Below, piece by piece: positions 1 through 11,870 of a stretch of DNA of 64,000 bases; the first letter of the stretch is position 1, and each line of letters begins with the position of its first letter. The DNA lies in the NCBI GenBank assembly GCA_963675785.1, contig OY776562.1:3153758-3217757 (forward strand). The letters run 5' to 3'. The DNA comes from Anaerolineae bacterium. GTDB lineage: Bacteria; Chloroflexota; Anaerolineae; UBA1429. Both the position numbers and the translations under genes were made by a program. The notes under the pieces are model-generated. The model saw only the letters and a program-made list of their open reading frames with translations, was not told where the DNA came from and made no database searches.

Positions 1-110
1 CAGTGCGCGGCCAGTTCCTCGGGATCAGAGGAGTTCAGGTATCGCGCCGGAATGATGGCGTCGGTATCTACGTTATTGCCGTAGCGAAAGACGGTTCCTT
101 TGATGCTCAT
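1..110 (-). CDS. leuD: 3-isopropylmalate dehydratase small subunit, N-terminal part (runs off the window edge)
   Basis: Not in the ORF track. Manual translation gives [36 protein letters not shown] with the LeuD NVDTDxIIP motif; AGGAG SD upstream. Confidence 0.93.
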   Translation of the reverse strand, partial: MSIKGTVFRYGNNVDTDAIIPARYLNSSDPEELAAH

Positions 111-125
111 ATCGGCTCTCCTATA

Positions 126-1463
126 TTAGCTCTGCCGCCGTTCCAGCTCGCGGGTGATGGTGTCCTTGATGAGTACCGCATCGGCTGGCAATTCAATGGG
201 CGGATTGGCATGCAATGATTCGACTTCTTCCAGTTGCTTTTGATGGTAGGCGACCTTGAAATTGGTGAATTTCAGGCCATGAGCGGTCGAGATGACGATG
301 ACACGCTCGTTGTGTTTGATAACGCCACGGTCGAGCAGTTTGAACAATGCTGCCAGGGCTACGCCAGTATGTGGGCAGGTGTACATGCCAGTCAGATCAG
401 CGCGTGCTGTGGCGTCGGCCAGTTCGTGTTCGGTGGCCTGCTCTACCACGCCATCGAATGCTTGGAGAACTTTGACGGCCTTTTCATAGCTTACTGGGTT
501 GCCGATCTGGATGGCGCTAGCAGCCGTCTTTTGGGCCTGGATGGGGGCAAAGGTCTCAAACCCCGTCTGATAGGCCAGATAGAAGGGATTGGCCCGTTCG
601 GATTGGGCAGCCACCAGCCTGGGCAGCTTGTCGATGAGCCCCAACTCTTTCATGAGCAAGAGGCCTTTGCCCAAGGCGCTGATATTGCCTAGGTTGCCGA
701 CGGGCATGATGATCCAATCGGGTACCTGCCAATCGAACTGCTGGACGATCTCGATGCCCACTGTCTTTTGGCCTTCGACTCGCAACGAGTTCATCGAATT
801 GGCCAAATAGATCGAGTTATCCTGAGTGATCTCTTTGACGATGGCCATGCAGCCATCAAAATCGGTATCCAATGAGAGGACCATGGCTCCGTTGCAGGTA
901 GGTTGTACCAGTTGGGCTGCAGAAACCTTGTCTCGCGGCAAAAATACGATGGACTGGATGCCCGCAGCAGCGCAGTAAGCAGCCAGAGCAGCCGAGGTAT
1001 CGCCAGTGGAAGCGCAGGCGATGGCTTGGACTGGCGATCCTTGGGACATCATCTGTTTGACTACGCTAACCAGGACAGTCATACCTAGATCCTTGAAAGA
1101 ACCGGTGTGACTATTGCCGCACAACTTGACCCAAAGCTCATCCATGCCAAGTTGACGACCAAGGCGCTCTGCCCAGAACAAGTTGGTGTTGCCCTCGTAC
1201 ATCGAGACTACATTTTCAGGCTCGATCTGCGGGCATACCCACTCCTTTTTGCCCCACACGCCGCTGCCGTAGGGCCAGCTGGTAGTGTGTGCGCGCTCAG
1301 AGAACAGGCTCTGCCATTCCTCAGCAGTTGTTTGTTTCAGAGCCTCTACGTCGTGGCAGACCTCAAGAAGGCCGCCGCATTTTGGGCAGCGGTAGATGAC
1401 GTCAAAGATCGAATACCGCCCCTCGCACCCACGTACACACTGGAACCAGCTATCCAGTTGCAT
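126..1463 (-). CDS. thrC: threonine synthase (plant-like type)
   Basis: PLP lysine motif [34 protein letters not shown]. Confidence 0.95.
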   Translation of the reverse strand: MQLDSWFQCVRGCEGRYSIFDVIYRCPKCGGLLEVCHDVEALKQTTAEEWQSLFSERAHTTSWPYGSGVWGKKEWVCPQIEPENVVSMYEGNTNLFWAERLGRQLGMDELWVKLCGNSHTGSFKDLGMTVLVSVVKQMMSQGSPVQAIACASTGDTSAALAAYCAAAGIQSIVFLPRDKVSAAQLVQPTCNGAMVLSLDTDFDGCMAIVKEITQDNSIYLANSMNSLRVEGQKTVGIEIVQQFDWQVPDWIIMPVGNLGNISALGKGLLLMKELGLIDKLPRLVAAQSERANPFYLAYQTGFETFAPIQAQKTAASAIQIGNPVSYEKAVKVLQAFDGVVEQATEHELADATARADLTGMYTCPHTGVALAALFKLLDRGVIKHNERVIVISTAHGLKFTNFKVAYHQKQLEEVESLHANPPIELPADAVLIKDTITRELERRQS

Positions 1464-1501
1464 GTCGATCCCCTTTTTACTACCAGTTCATTCCACGATG
1501 C

Positions 1502-2776
1502 TTATTCTAGCTCTTGTGGCGTAGCGATGCGACCCATGACGGCACTAGCCGCGGCAACAGCCGGGCTGGCCAGATACACTTCGCTCTCGGTGTGGCCCAT
1601 GCGCCCCACAAAGTTGCGATTGGTGGTCGAAACGCAACGCTCGCCGGCCGCCAGAACGCCCATATGGCCGCCCAGACAGGGGCCACAGGTTGGCGTGCTG
1701 AACACGGCGCCGGCATCCACAAAGATGGTGGCCAAACCCTCTTCGACTGCCCGGCGGTAAATGGCCTGCGTGCCGGGAATGATGATGCAGCGCAGATTCG
1801 GGTTGACCTGGCGCCCCTTGAGCAGGTTAGCTGCGGTAACCAGATCTTCCCAACGGCCATTGGTGCAAGAGCCAATGACCACCTGATCGATGGTTACATC
1901 GGTGGATTCGCTGACGCCGCGGGTGTTGCTAGGTAAATGCGGAAAAGCGATTTGCGGCTCGATAGCGCTGGCGTCGATTTCGATGATCTGCGAGACGGGT
2001 GCATTAGCATCGCCGGCAATCGCCTTGTAGGGGCGCTTGGCCCTGGGCTGTACATAGGCTTTTGTGATAGCATCAACGTAGAACATGCCGGCTTTGGCAC
2101 CCGCTTCAATGGCCATGTTGGACATGGTCAGGCGGCTATCCATACTCAAGGTATCGATGGTTGGGCCAGTGAATTCGATTGCGTCGTACAGAGCACCGTC
2201 TACACCAACTTTGCCAATGGTGTAGAGGATGAGGTCTTTTCCGCTCACCCAAGGCTGCAGCTTGCCGGTGTAGACAAAGCGGAGGGTTTCGGGCACTTTC
2301 ATCCAGGCCTGGCCAGTAGCCATAGCCACGGCAATATCAGTAGATCCCATACCGGTGGCAAAGGCCCCCACGGCACCATAAGTGCAGGTATGCGAATCGG
2401 CGCCGACGATGATGTCGCCGGGCAGCACCAGGCCTTGTTCGGGCAGTAGGGCGTGTTCGATACCCATGCGGCCCACTTCGAAATAGTTAACGATGCCGTA
2501 CTTGTGGGCAAACTCACGCATCATCTTGGCTTGTTCGGCCGATTTGATGTCTTTGTTGGGCGTAAAGTGATCGGGCACGAGGGTGATGCGTTCCTTATCA
2601 AAGACCTTGTCTACACCCAGCTTGCCAAACTCGATGATAGCCAACGGGGCAGTAATGTCGTTGGCCAGCACCATATCCACGTCTACTTGCACCAAGTCGC
2701 CAGGTTTGACGAACTCTTGGCCACAATGGGCAGCGAGAATGGCTTCTGCCATGGTCATCGGGGCATGATTGCTCAT
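1502..2776 (-). CDS. leuC: 3-isopropylmalate dehydratase large subunit
   Basis: [39 protein letters not shown]. Confidence 0.96.
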   Translation of the reverse strand: MSNHAPMTMAEAILAAHCGQEFVKPGDLVQVDVDMVLANDITAPLAIIEFGKLGVDKVFDKERITLVPDHFTPNKDIKSAEQAKMMREFAHKYGIVNYFEVGRMGIEHALLPEQGLVLPGDIIVGADSHTCTYGAVGAFATGMGSTDIAVAMATGQAWMKVPETLRFVYTGKLQPWVSGKDLILYTIGKVGVDGALYDAIEFTGPTIDTLSMDSRLTMSNMAIEAGAKAGMFYVDAITKAYVQPRAKRPYKAIAGDANAPVSQIIEIDASAIEPQIAFPHLPSNTRGVSESTDVTIDQVVIGSCTNGRWEDLVTAANLLKGRQVNPNLRCIIIPGTQAIYRRAVEEGLATIFVDAGAVFSTPTCGPCLGGHMGVLAAGERCVSTTNRNFVGRMGHTESEVYLASPAVAAASAVMGRIATPQELE

Positions 2777-4362
2777 GCGTTGCCTTCCTTTTCTTCAGAG
2801 GGGGTGCCGTTTTGTTGGGTGGACAGCAGTTTGTTCAAGGCACTGAGATAGGCCTTGCCGCTTGCCACGATGATGTCCGTATCGGTGCCGTGGCCGCTAA
2901 AGGTGCGATGCTGTACGCCGGTTTGCGGATTGATTCCGCGGCTCGATTCGGCCTCAGCTTCGATACGGATGAGCACTTCACCTTGAGCATCGATACCTTC
3001 GGTGACCGAGTTGACGGTAAATTCGCAGAGCTCGTTGGGTACGCCAACGATGCGGTTGATGGCGCGATAGACGGCGTCTACTGGGCCAGCGCCGTGGGCC
3101 GAATCCGTCAGGACAGCGTTGTTGGGGCCGCGCAGTCTGACCGTGGCCGTGGGAATGGCGTGATCGCCGCAGGATACCTGTAGTTGTTCCAGCGCATAGA
3201 CTTCCGTCGGCTGAAAGACCTCGTCAGATACCAGAGCTTCGAGGTCGGCTTCAGAGACGGTCTTTTTCTTGTCTGCCAGATCCTTGAATCGCTCATAGGC
3301 GCGGTCGAGCTGTTCTTTGTCCAAGTGAAAGCCCATCTCTTCCAAGCGTTCAGCCAGAGCATGGCGCCCCGAATGCTTACCCAGCACAAGGCGGCTGGCC
3401 GGAACGCCTACGGTGCTTGCATCCATGATTTCATAGGTCAGACGGTTCTTGAGGACGCCATCCTGGTGGATGCCTGCTTCGTGAGCAAAGGCATTGGCAC
3501 CGACAATGGCCTTGTTGGCTTGCACGTTCAGGCCGGTAAAAGACGAGACCATGCGGCTGGATGGATAGATTTCGGTGGAGTGGATGTTGGTGCCGAGATC
3601 GTAGCGTGATTGCCTGACGTACAGGGCCATGACGACCTCTTCGAGGGCCGCATTGCCAGCACGTTCACCGATGCCATTGACAGTGCATTCTACCTGGCGA
3701 GCGCCATTCTCCAACCCGGCCAGGGTATTGGCTACTGCTAACCCCAGGTCGTTGTGGCAGTGCACCGAGATGATGGCTTTGTCGATGTCTGGCGTTTTCT
3801 CGGCGATGCCCTTGATCAGACCACCAAATTCGCTGGGTGTCAGATATCCCACGGTATCGGGGATATTCAGGGTCGTAGCTCCAGCGGCGATGGCTTCTCC
3901 CAATACCTCATAGAGGAACTCGGGGTCCGAACGTCCGGCATCTTCGGGCGAGAACTCGACGTCCTCACACAGCGAACGCGCATAACTAACCATCTCGCGC
4001 GTCAGAACAACCACTTCAGCGGGCGTTTTGCCCAACTTGTGCTGCATATGAATCGGTGAGGTCGCGATAAAGACGTGAATACGGGCGTGTTCGGCATCCT
4101 TGAGGGCCGCCCAAGCCTTGTCGATATCGCTTCTGACGCAGCGGGCCAGGCCGCAAATCGTCGGGCGGCGCACACTTTCAGCCACCAGGCGCACAGCTTC
4201 CTGATCGCCGGGCGACGAGGCAGGAAAGCCCGCTTCGATGACATCCACGCCCAGACGATCCAGCTGTTGAGCAATGCGGATCTTTTCGTGGGTATGCATG
4301 GTTGCGCCCGGAGATTGTTCCCCGTCGCGCAGGGTTGTATCAAAAATGATTATATTATCCAT
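2773..4362 (-). CDS. leuA: 2-isopropylmalate synthase
   Basis: [33 protein letters not shown] and C-terminal regulatory domain. Confidence 0.96.
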   Translation of the reverse strand: MDNIIIFDTTLRDGEQSPGATMHTHEKIRIAQQLDRLGVDVIEAGFPASSPGDQEAVRLVAESVRRPTICGLARCVRSDIDKAWAALKDAEHARIHVFIATSPIHMQHKLGKTPAEVVVLTREMVSYARSLCEDVEFSPEDAGRSDPEFLYEVLGEAIAAGATTLNIPDTVGYLTPSEFGGLIKGIAEKTPDIDKAIISVHCHNDLGLAVANTLAGLENGARQVECTVNGIGERAGNAALEEVVMALYVRQSRYDLGTNIHSTEIYPSSRMVSSFTGLNVQANKAIVGANAFAHEAGIHQDGVLKNRLTYEIMDASTVGVPASRLVLGKHSGRHALAERLEEMGFHLDKEQLDRAYERFKDLADKKKTVSEADLEALVSDEVFQPTEVYALEQLQVSCGDHAIPTATVRLRGPNNAVLTDSAHGAGPVDAVYRAINRIVGVPNELCEFTVNSVTEGIDAQGEVLIRIEAEAESSRGINPQTGVQHRTFSGHGTDTDIIVASGKAYLSALNKLLSTQQNGTPSEEKEGNA

Positions 4363-4475
4363 GGAGAGTCTCCCAAAGGGTTCTTCGCCATTAACTGGCT
4401 CGGCTCGATGTTGTTAGGACCTGCTCAGGTGCTGCGGTTCTCCGTCCGATTGACCTTGTCCCTAGGCCACCGACC

Positions 4476-6053
4476 TTAAGAGGAGAACCGCCTGAGTAGC
4501 GGCAGCTCGTAACTATCGAGTAGAGCCTGAAAACTCGCTTCGATGATGTTTACCGAGCAGCCAACGGTAGTCCACGTCGTCTCGCCATTGGTGGCATCGA
4601 TCATGACGCGGGTGAGAGCGCCGGTGGTTGCTTCTGGATCCAAAATACGTACTTTGTAGTCGTGCAGGTGCACAGGTTCCAACTCGGGATAATAGGGCAA
4701 AAAAGCTTTGCGCATAGCCCTGTCCAGGGCATTCACGGGACCGTCGCCTTCGGCGGCAGTGTGCATAGGGTGCCCATCGACCAACGCTTTGACGGTGGCT
4801 TCGGCCAGCACCTCGGTGTTGCTGCGCTTTTCGACCCTCACCAAGAAATCGAGCACCTGAAAGGGAGGTGCATAGTCGGCTTGGCGGCGGCGCACCAACA
4901 GTTCAAAGGAACCTTCGGCGCCTTCGTACTGAAAGCCTTGGCTTTCGCGCACTTTGAGCTCTGAGGCGAGGGTGCGTACGATTTCGTCGTCAAAGTCCAG
5001 CCCCATGTTTAATTCGTTCAATTTAGCAGAGACGTTGGCCCGCCCCGCTAGTTCGGAAACCAGGATGCGTTGTTGATTGCCCACCAGTTCGGGTTCGACA
5101 TGCTGGTAGCTCTGGGCCGATTTGGCCAGGGCGTTTACGTGCAGACCAGCCTTGTGGGCAAAGGCACTGCGTCCCACATAGGGTTGGTGATCGTCGGGGC
5201 TCATGTTGGCGATCTCAGCCACATAGTTCGACGTCTCGGCAAGCGTATGCAAACTATCAGCGAGCAATGCTTTGCACGCCATCTTGATTTCGAGACCGGG
5301 GATGACCACGCAAAGGTTGGCGTTACCGCAACGTTCGCCATAGCCGTTGATGGTGCCATGGACATGCGTGGCGCCGGCTTCTACGGCGACTAGCGTGTTG
5401 GCGTCGGCCATGCCGCTGTCGTTGTGGGCATGCATACCGAGCCGGGCCTCGGGCAGTGCTTGGTGCGTTTCGGAGACGATGCGGTAGACTTGGCCGGGCA
5501 ACATGCCGCCATTGGTCTCGCAGAGTACCAGGCAGCTGGCGCCAGCCTCGTACGCAGCGCGGCAAGTCTCCAGAGCGTATTCGGTGTTTGCTTCATAGCC
5601 ATCGAAATAGTGCTCTGCATCAAAAATCACTTGTAACCCTTGCCCACACAAATAGGCGGTGCTTTCGCGGATCATGGCCAAATTCTCTTCGGGCGTGGTG
5701 CGTAGTACATCATAGACCTGACGAATATCCGCTTTGCCCACAATGACCGCCACGGGAGCACCGGAATCGATCATGGCCTTGAGATTGGGGTCATCTGTCA
5801 CGTCAGAGCCAGGCCGACGCGTGCTGCCAAAGGCCGCCAACTTGGCGTGAGCCCAAGGCAGTTCGCGGGCGCGGGCAAAAAACTCGGCGTCTTTGGGATT
5901 CGAGCCAGGCCAGCCCCCCTCGACATAACTCACGCCCAGCTCGTCGAGCTTTTGGGCGATGCGCAGCTTGTCGACAACGGAAAAAGAGATGCCCTCGCGT
6001 TGCGCCCCATCGCGCAGTGTGGTGTCAAGGATTTCAACGTGTTGCCTGCTCAT
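4476..6053 (-). CDS. cimA: citramalate synthase
   Basis: DTTLRDGAQ, EGGWPGSNPKD, FDAEHYFDG, GYGERCGNANL. Start moved to MSRQ (6053). Confidence 0.92.
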   Translation of the reverse strand: MSRQHVEILDTTLRDGAQREGISFSVVDKLRIAQKLDELGVSYVEGGWPGSNPKDAEFFARARELPWAHAKLAAFGSTRRPGSDVTDDPNLKAMIDSGAPVAVIVGKADIRQVYDVLRTTPEENLAMIRESTAYLCGQGLQVIFDAEHYFDGYEANTEYALETCRAAYEAGASCLVLCETNGGMLPGQVYRIVSETHQALPEARLGMHAHNDSGMADANTLVAVEAGATHVHGTINGYGERCGNANLCVVIPGLEIKMACKALLADSLHTLAETSNYVAEIANMSPDDHQPYVGRSAFAHKAGLHVNALAKSAQSYQHVEPELVGNQQRILVSELAGRANVSAKLNELNMGLDFDDEIVRTLASELKVRESQGFQYEGAEGSFELLVRRRQADYAPPFQVLDFLVRVEKRSNTEVLAEATVKALVDGHPMHTAAEGDGPVNALDRAMRKAFLPYYPELEPVHLHDYKVRILDPEATTGALTRVMIDATNGETTWTTVGCSVNIIEASFQALLDSYELPLLRRFSS

Positions 6054-6111
6054 ACATGCGACTCCAGATTGTGTCACGCCCCCAGCACGGGGGCGTGACA
6101 CAGGTTGATGT

Positions 6112-7140
<1,029 letters not shown>

Positions 7141-7165
7141 TTACCGTGCGGATGCTGCCTGTATG

Positions 7166-7687
7166 CTAACCGTTCGTGATACCCGACAAGCCGCGCACCA
7201 TGCCCATACTGCCGGTGCGTGAAATCTCTTTGATGCCAAAGGGTCTCAAGAGATCGATCAGCGAGTCGACCTTATCCTGTGTGCCGGTGATCTCGATGAT
7301 CATGGATTCCAGAGCCACATCAATGATCTGGGCACGATAGATATTGGCCAGGTCATGAATCTCGCTACGCGTACCCGGTTTGCAGTGCACCTTGATCATG
7401 GTCATCTCGCGAATCACTGCCGCATCATCACTGATGTCGCTCACTTTGGTGACGTTGACCAGACGGCGTAGTTGTTTGATGATCTGCTCGATGCGGTCGT
7501 TATCACCGAGAACGACTACGGTGAGACGTGAGATCCCCGGTGTCTCTGAATGCCCGACAGTAAGACTTTCGATGTTGAAATTACGCCGCCTGAAAAGGTT
7601 GACAACATGACTCAAGGTGCCCGGCTTGTCTTCCAGCAGGACGACGAGCGTTCGTTCCATGTAGGGGCCTTCTATGATTGCGCTCAT
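7166..7687 (-). CDS. ilvN: acetolactate synthase regulatory subunit
   Basis: ACT domain EDKPGTLSHV..FRRRNFNIESLTVG. Confidence 0.94.
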   Translation of the reverse strand: MSAIIEGPYMERTLVVLLEDKPGTLSHVVNLFRRRNFNIESLTVGHSETPGISRLTVVVLGDNDRIEQIIKQLRRLVNVTKVSDISDDAAVIREMTMIKVHCKPGTRSEIHDLANIYRAQIIDVALESMIIEITGTQDKVDSLIDLLRPFGIKEISRTGSMGMVRGLSGITNG

Positions 7688-9375
7688 GCCTGGTCTCCTT
7701 TGCCGGAACGGCGGATCATCTCATCGATGGCCTTGCCGACGGGTACAATGGGAAAGACATTGTGCTCCCGTTCGATGCGAAAATCGATGAGGGCGGGGCC
7801 TTTTACGGCGATCGCTTGCTCTATCGCCGAGACGACGTCCTCTTTGCTCTCCACGCGGAACCCAGGAATGCCATAGGCCTGCGCCAACATGCAAAAATCG
7901 GGCCCAAGGAGCGGTGTGCCCTCATAGTTGTGATCAAAAAAGAGCTCTTGCCATTGCCGTACCATACCGAGAAAGCCATTATTGAGCAAGGCGATCTTGA
8001 TGGGGAGTTTTTCTTGTACCACGGTGGCCAGCTCTTGCAGTGTCATCTGAAAGCCACCATCACCAGCAACTACCCACACCGGGGCATCTGATCGTCCCAT
8101 GGCTACGCCGATAGCGGCGGGCAGGGCAAAGCCCATGGTACCCAAACCGCCCGAAGAGATCAGGCCGCCAGCGCGCAAGTGTTGATAGTACTGTGCTTCC
8201 CACATTTGGTTCTGCCCCACGTCGCTGATGACGATAGCTTCGCCCTTGGTGGCCTGACTCAAAGCCTGCATCACATACTGGGGAACCAGCTCGTTGGATT
8301 CTTGCCAGCCCTTTTCACGGGATTGGGTATCTACTCGCCAGGATTCGATCTGCGTTATCCAGGCTTCATGAGAAGAAGCGGGCACCAGCGGCAGCATCTT
8401 TTCCAACACATCCTTGGCGTCACCCACGATGGGCAGATCGACGCGAATGCGCTTGCCAATCTCAGCTGGTTCGATGTCCATATGGATGATGCGCGCCTTG
8501 GGGGCAAAGGTGCCAGCCGTGCTGGTCAAACGGTCATCAAAGCGCGAACCGATGGCCAGGATCAAATCGGCATTCTGCAGGGCCATGTTGGTATAGCTCT
8601 CGCCGTGCATACCGCCCATGCCTAGGCAGAGCGGACTGTTATCCGGTATGAGGCTCTTGCCCAACAAGGTGGTAACGACGGGGATGTTGGCTCGAGTGGA
8701 CAGTTCGCACAGCAGGTCCTGAGCCCCAGCGACGAGCACGCCTCTGCCGGCTATGATGATCGGCTTGTCCGATTCGGCCAGCATATCCACGGCCTGGTGA
8801 ATTTGCCGGATGCTGCCACGCGTGTGCGGCTTGTAGCCAGGCAGCGAGATGGTTTCAGGATAGATGAACTCGGTCAGGGCCGTTTGCACATTGACGGCGA
8901 TATCCACCAATACAGCGCCAGGGCGTCCCGAGCGAGCGATGTAAAAGGATTCCCGCAGGGCTTCGGCCAATTGATTGATATCAGTGATGAGATAGTTATG
9001 CTTGACCACGGGCATGCTAATGCCGGTGATATCGACTTCTTGAAAGGCATCCGTGCCCAATTCGGGTACAGACACCTGCCCGGTGATGGCTACAATGGGC
9101 GATGAATCCATCTGTGCGTTGGCGATGCCGGTGATCAGATTGGTTGCGCCGGGCCCCGAGGTGGCGATGCAAACGCCCACCTTGCCCGTGGCGCGGGCAA
9201 AGCCATCGGCAGCGTGTGCCGCGGCTTGTTCGTGCCGCATGACCACCTGCTTGATGGGGTAGTTGCGCATCTCGTGAAACAGCGGAATGACTTTGCCGCC
9301 GGTAATCCCGAAAACCGTCTCTACGCCTTCACGAACCAAGCACTCCCAAACGATTTGGGCTCCGTTCAACTTCAT
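7684..9375 (-). CDS. ilvB: acetolactate synthase large subunit
   Basis: RHEQAAAHAADG, TSGPGATN, SGGLGTMG, ThDP motif GDGGFQM...NN. Confidence 0.96.
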   Translation of the reverse strand: MKLNGAQIVWECLVREGVETVFGITGGKVIPLFHEMRNYPIKQVVMRHEQAAAHAADGFARATGKVGVCIATSGPGATNLITGIANAQMDSSPIVAITGQVSVPELGTDAFQEVDITGISMPVVKHNYLITDINQLAEALRESFYIARSGRPGAVLVDIAVNVQTALTEFIYPETISLPGYKPHTRGSIRQIHQAVDMLAESDKPIIIAGRGVLVAGAQDLLCELSTRANIPVVTTLLGKSLIPDNSPLCLGMGGMHGESYTNMALQNADLILAIGSRFDDRLTSTAGTFAPKARIIHMDIEPAEIGKRIRVDLPIVGDAKDVLEKMLPLVPASSHEAWITQIESWRVDTQSREKGWQESNELVPQYVMQALSQATKGEAIVISDVGQNQMWEAQYYQHLRAGGLISSGGLGTMGFALPAAIGVAMGRSDAPVWVVAGDGGFQMTLQELATVVQEKLPIKIALLNNGFLGMVRQWQELFFDHNYEGTPLLGPDFCMLAQAYGIPGFRVESKEDVVSAIEQAIAVKGPALIDFRIEREHNVFPIVPVGKAIDEMIRRSGKGDQA

Positions 9376-9418
9376 CGCATTCCTCCAGTTGGGCGTGAGT
9401 CCATGATTTCGCTCCTCA

Positions 9419-11113
9419 TTAGCGGGTCATATCGGCGTAAAAAACTGCGCCGGTGTCGGCCGAACTGACCAATTGCGAATAACGGTTGAGATAGCCGCGT
9501 CTGATCGTAGGCTCGAATGCGCCCAAGGCCTCAATACGGGATGCCATCTCTTCTTCTGAAAGTTCGACGGTGAGGACATGATTGGGAATATCGATGACGA
9601 TCATATCGCCATCCTGCAGGGCGGCGATTGGGCCGCGGGCGGCTGCTTCTGGTGAGATGTGGCCGATAGCCGCACCGCGCGAGGCGCCGGAGAAGCGTCC
9701 ATCGGTGAGAAGAGCTACTTTGTCGTCCACACCCATGCCCGAGAGCAGTGAGGTGGGCGTGAGCATCTCGCGCATTCCCGGGCCGCCTTTGGGGCCTTCG
9801 TAGCGGATAACGAGCACGTCGCCGAGTTCGAATTTGTGTGCCATGATGGCGCTTGTGGCCTCTTCTTCCGAATCGAAAACGCGAGCCGGGCCGCGATGCT
9901 GCATCATGCTGGGGGCCACTGCTGCACGCTTGACCACGGCGCCTTTGGGAGCCAGGTTGCCAAAGAGAATGGCCAGGCCGCCAGTGGGCGAGTAGGCATT
10001 ATCTGGTGTGCGGACGACGTTGCGGTCAATGCAACAGTAATCGGGTGCCCAGGGCGAACCTACGGCCAGATTTTCACTTATGGTCATGCCAGTGCAGGTG
10101 AGACAATCGCCATTCAGCAGGTCGATACCGGCCAGCTCGGCCAGAATGGCACCGATTCCGCCCGAATAGTAAAGGTCTTCGATATGCTGCTCGCCAGCGG
10201 GGGCCAGCTTGCAGATATGGGGCGTGGTGTCAGAGAATTCGTTCAATAGGCTGAGATCAAAATGCTGGCCCGCCTCATTGGCGATAGCCAGCAGATGCAG
10301 TACTGAATTAGTAGAACCACCCATGGCCATATCGGTACGAAAAGCGTTCACAAAAGCCTCACGGGTAAGGATGGCAGAAGGACAGATATTCTGCTCAAGG
10401 AGCTTCATCACCTGCATACCCGCTTTTTTAGCCAGTACCAAGCGTTCGGAATTGACGGCGGGGATGGTGCCGTTGCCGGGGAGGGCCAGACCAAGGGCTT
10501 CACAGAGGCAAGCCATGGTGTTGGCAGTGAACATGCCCGAGCAAGAGCCACAAGTGGGGCAGCAGGCGCACTCGATGCGATTGACCTCTTCCATCGACAT
10601 GGTGCCGCTGCTGGCAGCGCCGACGGCCATAAAGGCGCTATTGAGGTCAAGTATTTCTGTGCCGCGGCGACCGGCAAGCATGGGGCCGCCCGTCACCATC
10701 ACAGCGGGAATATCCAACCGAGCCATGGCCATAGCCATGCCGGGGATGATCTTGTCGCAAGAGGGCAGCAGGACGATGGCATCAAAGGCATGGGCCTGCA
10801 CTACAGTCTCTACCGAATCGGCGATGAGCTCTCGCGAGGCCAGTGAATATTTCATGCCCTGGTGGCCCATGGCAATGCCGTCACAAATGGCGATGGTATC
10901 GACTTCAAAGGGGGTTCCGCCAGCCATATACACGCCAGCTTTGACGGCCTCGGCCATCTGCCGCAGGTTCATGTGGCCGGGTACGATCTCGGAATAAGAG
11001 CTGATAACGCCTATTAGCGGGCGGTCGAGTTCTTCTTGTGTGCGGCCAAGCGCTCGGATGAGGGATCGGTGTGGGGCGCGTTCCAGCCCACGGGTTACAG
11101 CATGGCTTCTCAC
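9419..11113 (-). CDS. ilvD: dihydroxy-acid dehydratase
   Basis: [47 protein letters not shown]. Confidence 0.96.
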   Translation of the reverse strand: MRSHAVTRGLERAPHRSLIRALGRTQEELDRPLIGVISSYSEIVPGHMNLRQMAEAVKAGVYMAGGTPFEVDTIAICDGIAMGHQGMKYSLASRELIADSVETVVQAHAFDAIVLLPSCDKIIPGMAMAMARLDIPAVMVTGGPMLAGRRGTEILDLNSAFMAVGAASSGTMSMEEVNRIECACCPTCGSCSGMFTANTMACLCEALGLALPGNGTIPAVNSERLVLAKKAGMQVMKLLEQNICPSAILTREAFVNAFRTDMAMGGSTNSVLHLLAIANEAGQHFDLSLLNEFSDTTPHICKLAPAGEQHIEDLYYSGGIGAILAELAGIDLLNGDCLTCTGMTISENLAVGSPWAPDYCCIDRNVVRTPDNAYSPTGGLAILFGNLAPKGAVVKRAAVAPSMMQHRGPARVFDSEEEATSAIMAHKFELGDVLVIRYEGPKGGPGMREMLTPTSLLSGMGVDDKVALLTDGRFSGASRGAAIGHISPEAAARGPIAALQDGDMIVIDIPNHVLTVELSEEEMASRIEALGAFEPTIRRGYLNRYSQLVSSADTGAVFYADMTR

Positions 11114-11290
11114 GATGGTTCACTCCTTATCGCTGCAGAGGCGTATATATGGCTCATTCCGATTATTGGAAGAGTTCACTCTCGCAGCAGCGCGGAGTAG
11201 ACAGAATCAAATCTGTCTGGGGGTCAACTGGCGTTGTTGACCTTGGTACCTGGGCCGCTTCAATGCGGCAGGAATGCACGAATCAGGTAT

Positions 11291-11325
11291 AAAAAAGAGC
11301 CTCACCCCTGGCTGGGGGAGGCTCT
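11291..11325 (-). terminator. attenuator terminator of the ilv/leu leader
   Basis: Minus strand AGAGCCTC-CCCCAGCCAGGGGT-GAGGCTCT followed by a U-run, between the leader ORF and ilvD. Confidence 0.85.
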
Positions 11326-11348
11326 CCTTGCGTCAACAGGTCTTGGCT

Positions 11349-11444
11349 CTAACGACCCTCGCTCCCAACCAGCACTGGCCCCTCAATAATGAGGAGCTGT
11401 ACTAGAACGAGAATCATAAAGAATGCTGCAACCAAGTTAGACAT
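11349..11444 (-). CDS. 31-aa Ile/Leu/Val-rich leader peptide (ilvL-like)
   Basis: MSNLVAAFFMILVLVQLLIIEGPVLVGSEGR*; AGGA upstream; lies between a promoter and a terminator. Confidence 0.85.
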   Translation of the reverse strand: MSNLVAAFFMILVLVQLLIIEGPVLVGSEGR

Positions 11445-11477
11445 GTATTACAATCCTAATCGTGCGAACTTGCCGAC

Positions 11478-11506
11478 ACCATAACACACCCGGCTGGCAT
11501 TGTCAA
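11478..11506 (-). promoter_or_regulatory. sigma70-type promoter of the ilv-leu operon
   Basis: TTGACA-17 nt-TATGGT with extended TG. Confidence 0.65.
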
Positions 11507-11597
11507 CTCGCAGACTGACAAGTGCATGTTGTTTTGGTTGACAGGCTATGTGCATACGTGGTATTCGTCTTGAGCCGTTCTTTTCGTTAGGAGATAT

Positions 11598-11870
11598 ATG
11601 AAACGAACTTTGCAGATTCATCCATCTGATAATACTGTGGTGGCCCTGGAAGACATTCCAGCAGGAGAGACCATTCAGGTGAATGGATGCGAGCTAACTG
11701 TTGTGGAGGATGTGCGCTTTGGCCACAAGATTGCCATTGCCCCCATCGTCGCCGGCGAACAGGTTACCAAATACGGTGCCAGCATTGGCTTGGCTACGCA
11801 GCCCATTGCCGCGGGCGAGCATGTGCACACCCATAATCTGGTGAGTGTGCGAGGGAGTGCAGCCTCATGA
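11598..11870 (+). CDS. UxaA/GarD-family dehydratase, SAF-domain small subunit
   Basis: DNTVVAL..GHKIA..KYGASIG..GEHVHTHN. Confidence 0.9.
   Translation: MKRTLQIHPSDNTVVALEDIPAGETIQVNGCELTVVEDVRFGHKIAIAPIVAGEQVTKYGASIGLATQPIAAGEHVHTHNLVSVRGSAAS

Noticed and set aside
4363-4475. Possible Leu-specific internal attenuator before leuA
   Set aside because: No Leu-rich mini-ORF, T-box or U-tailed hairpin found.
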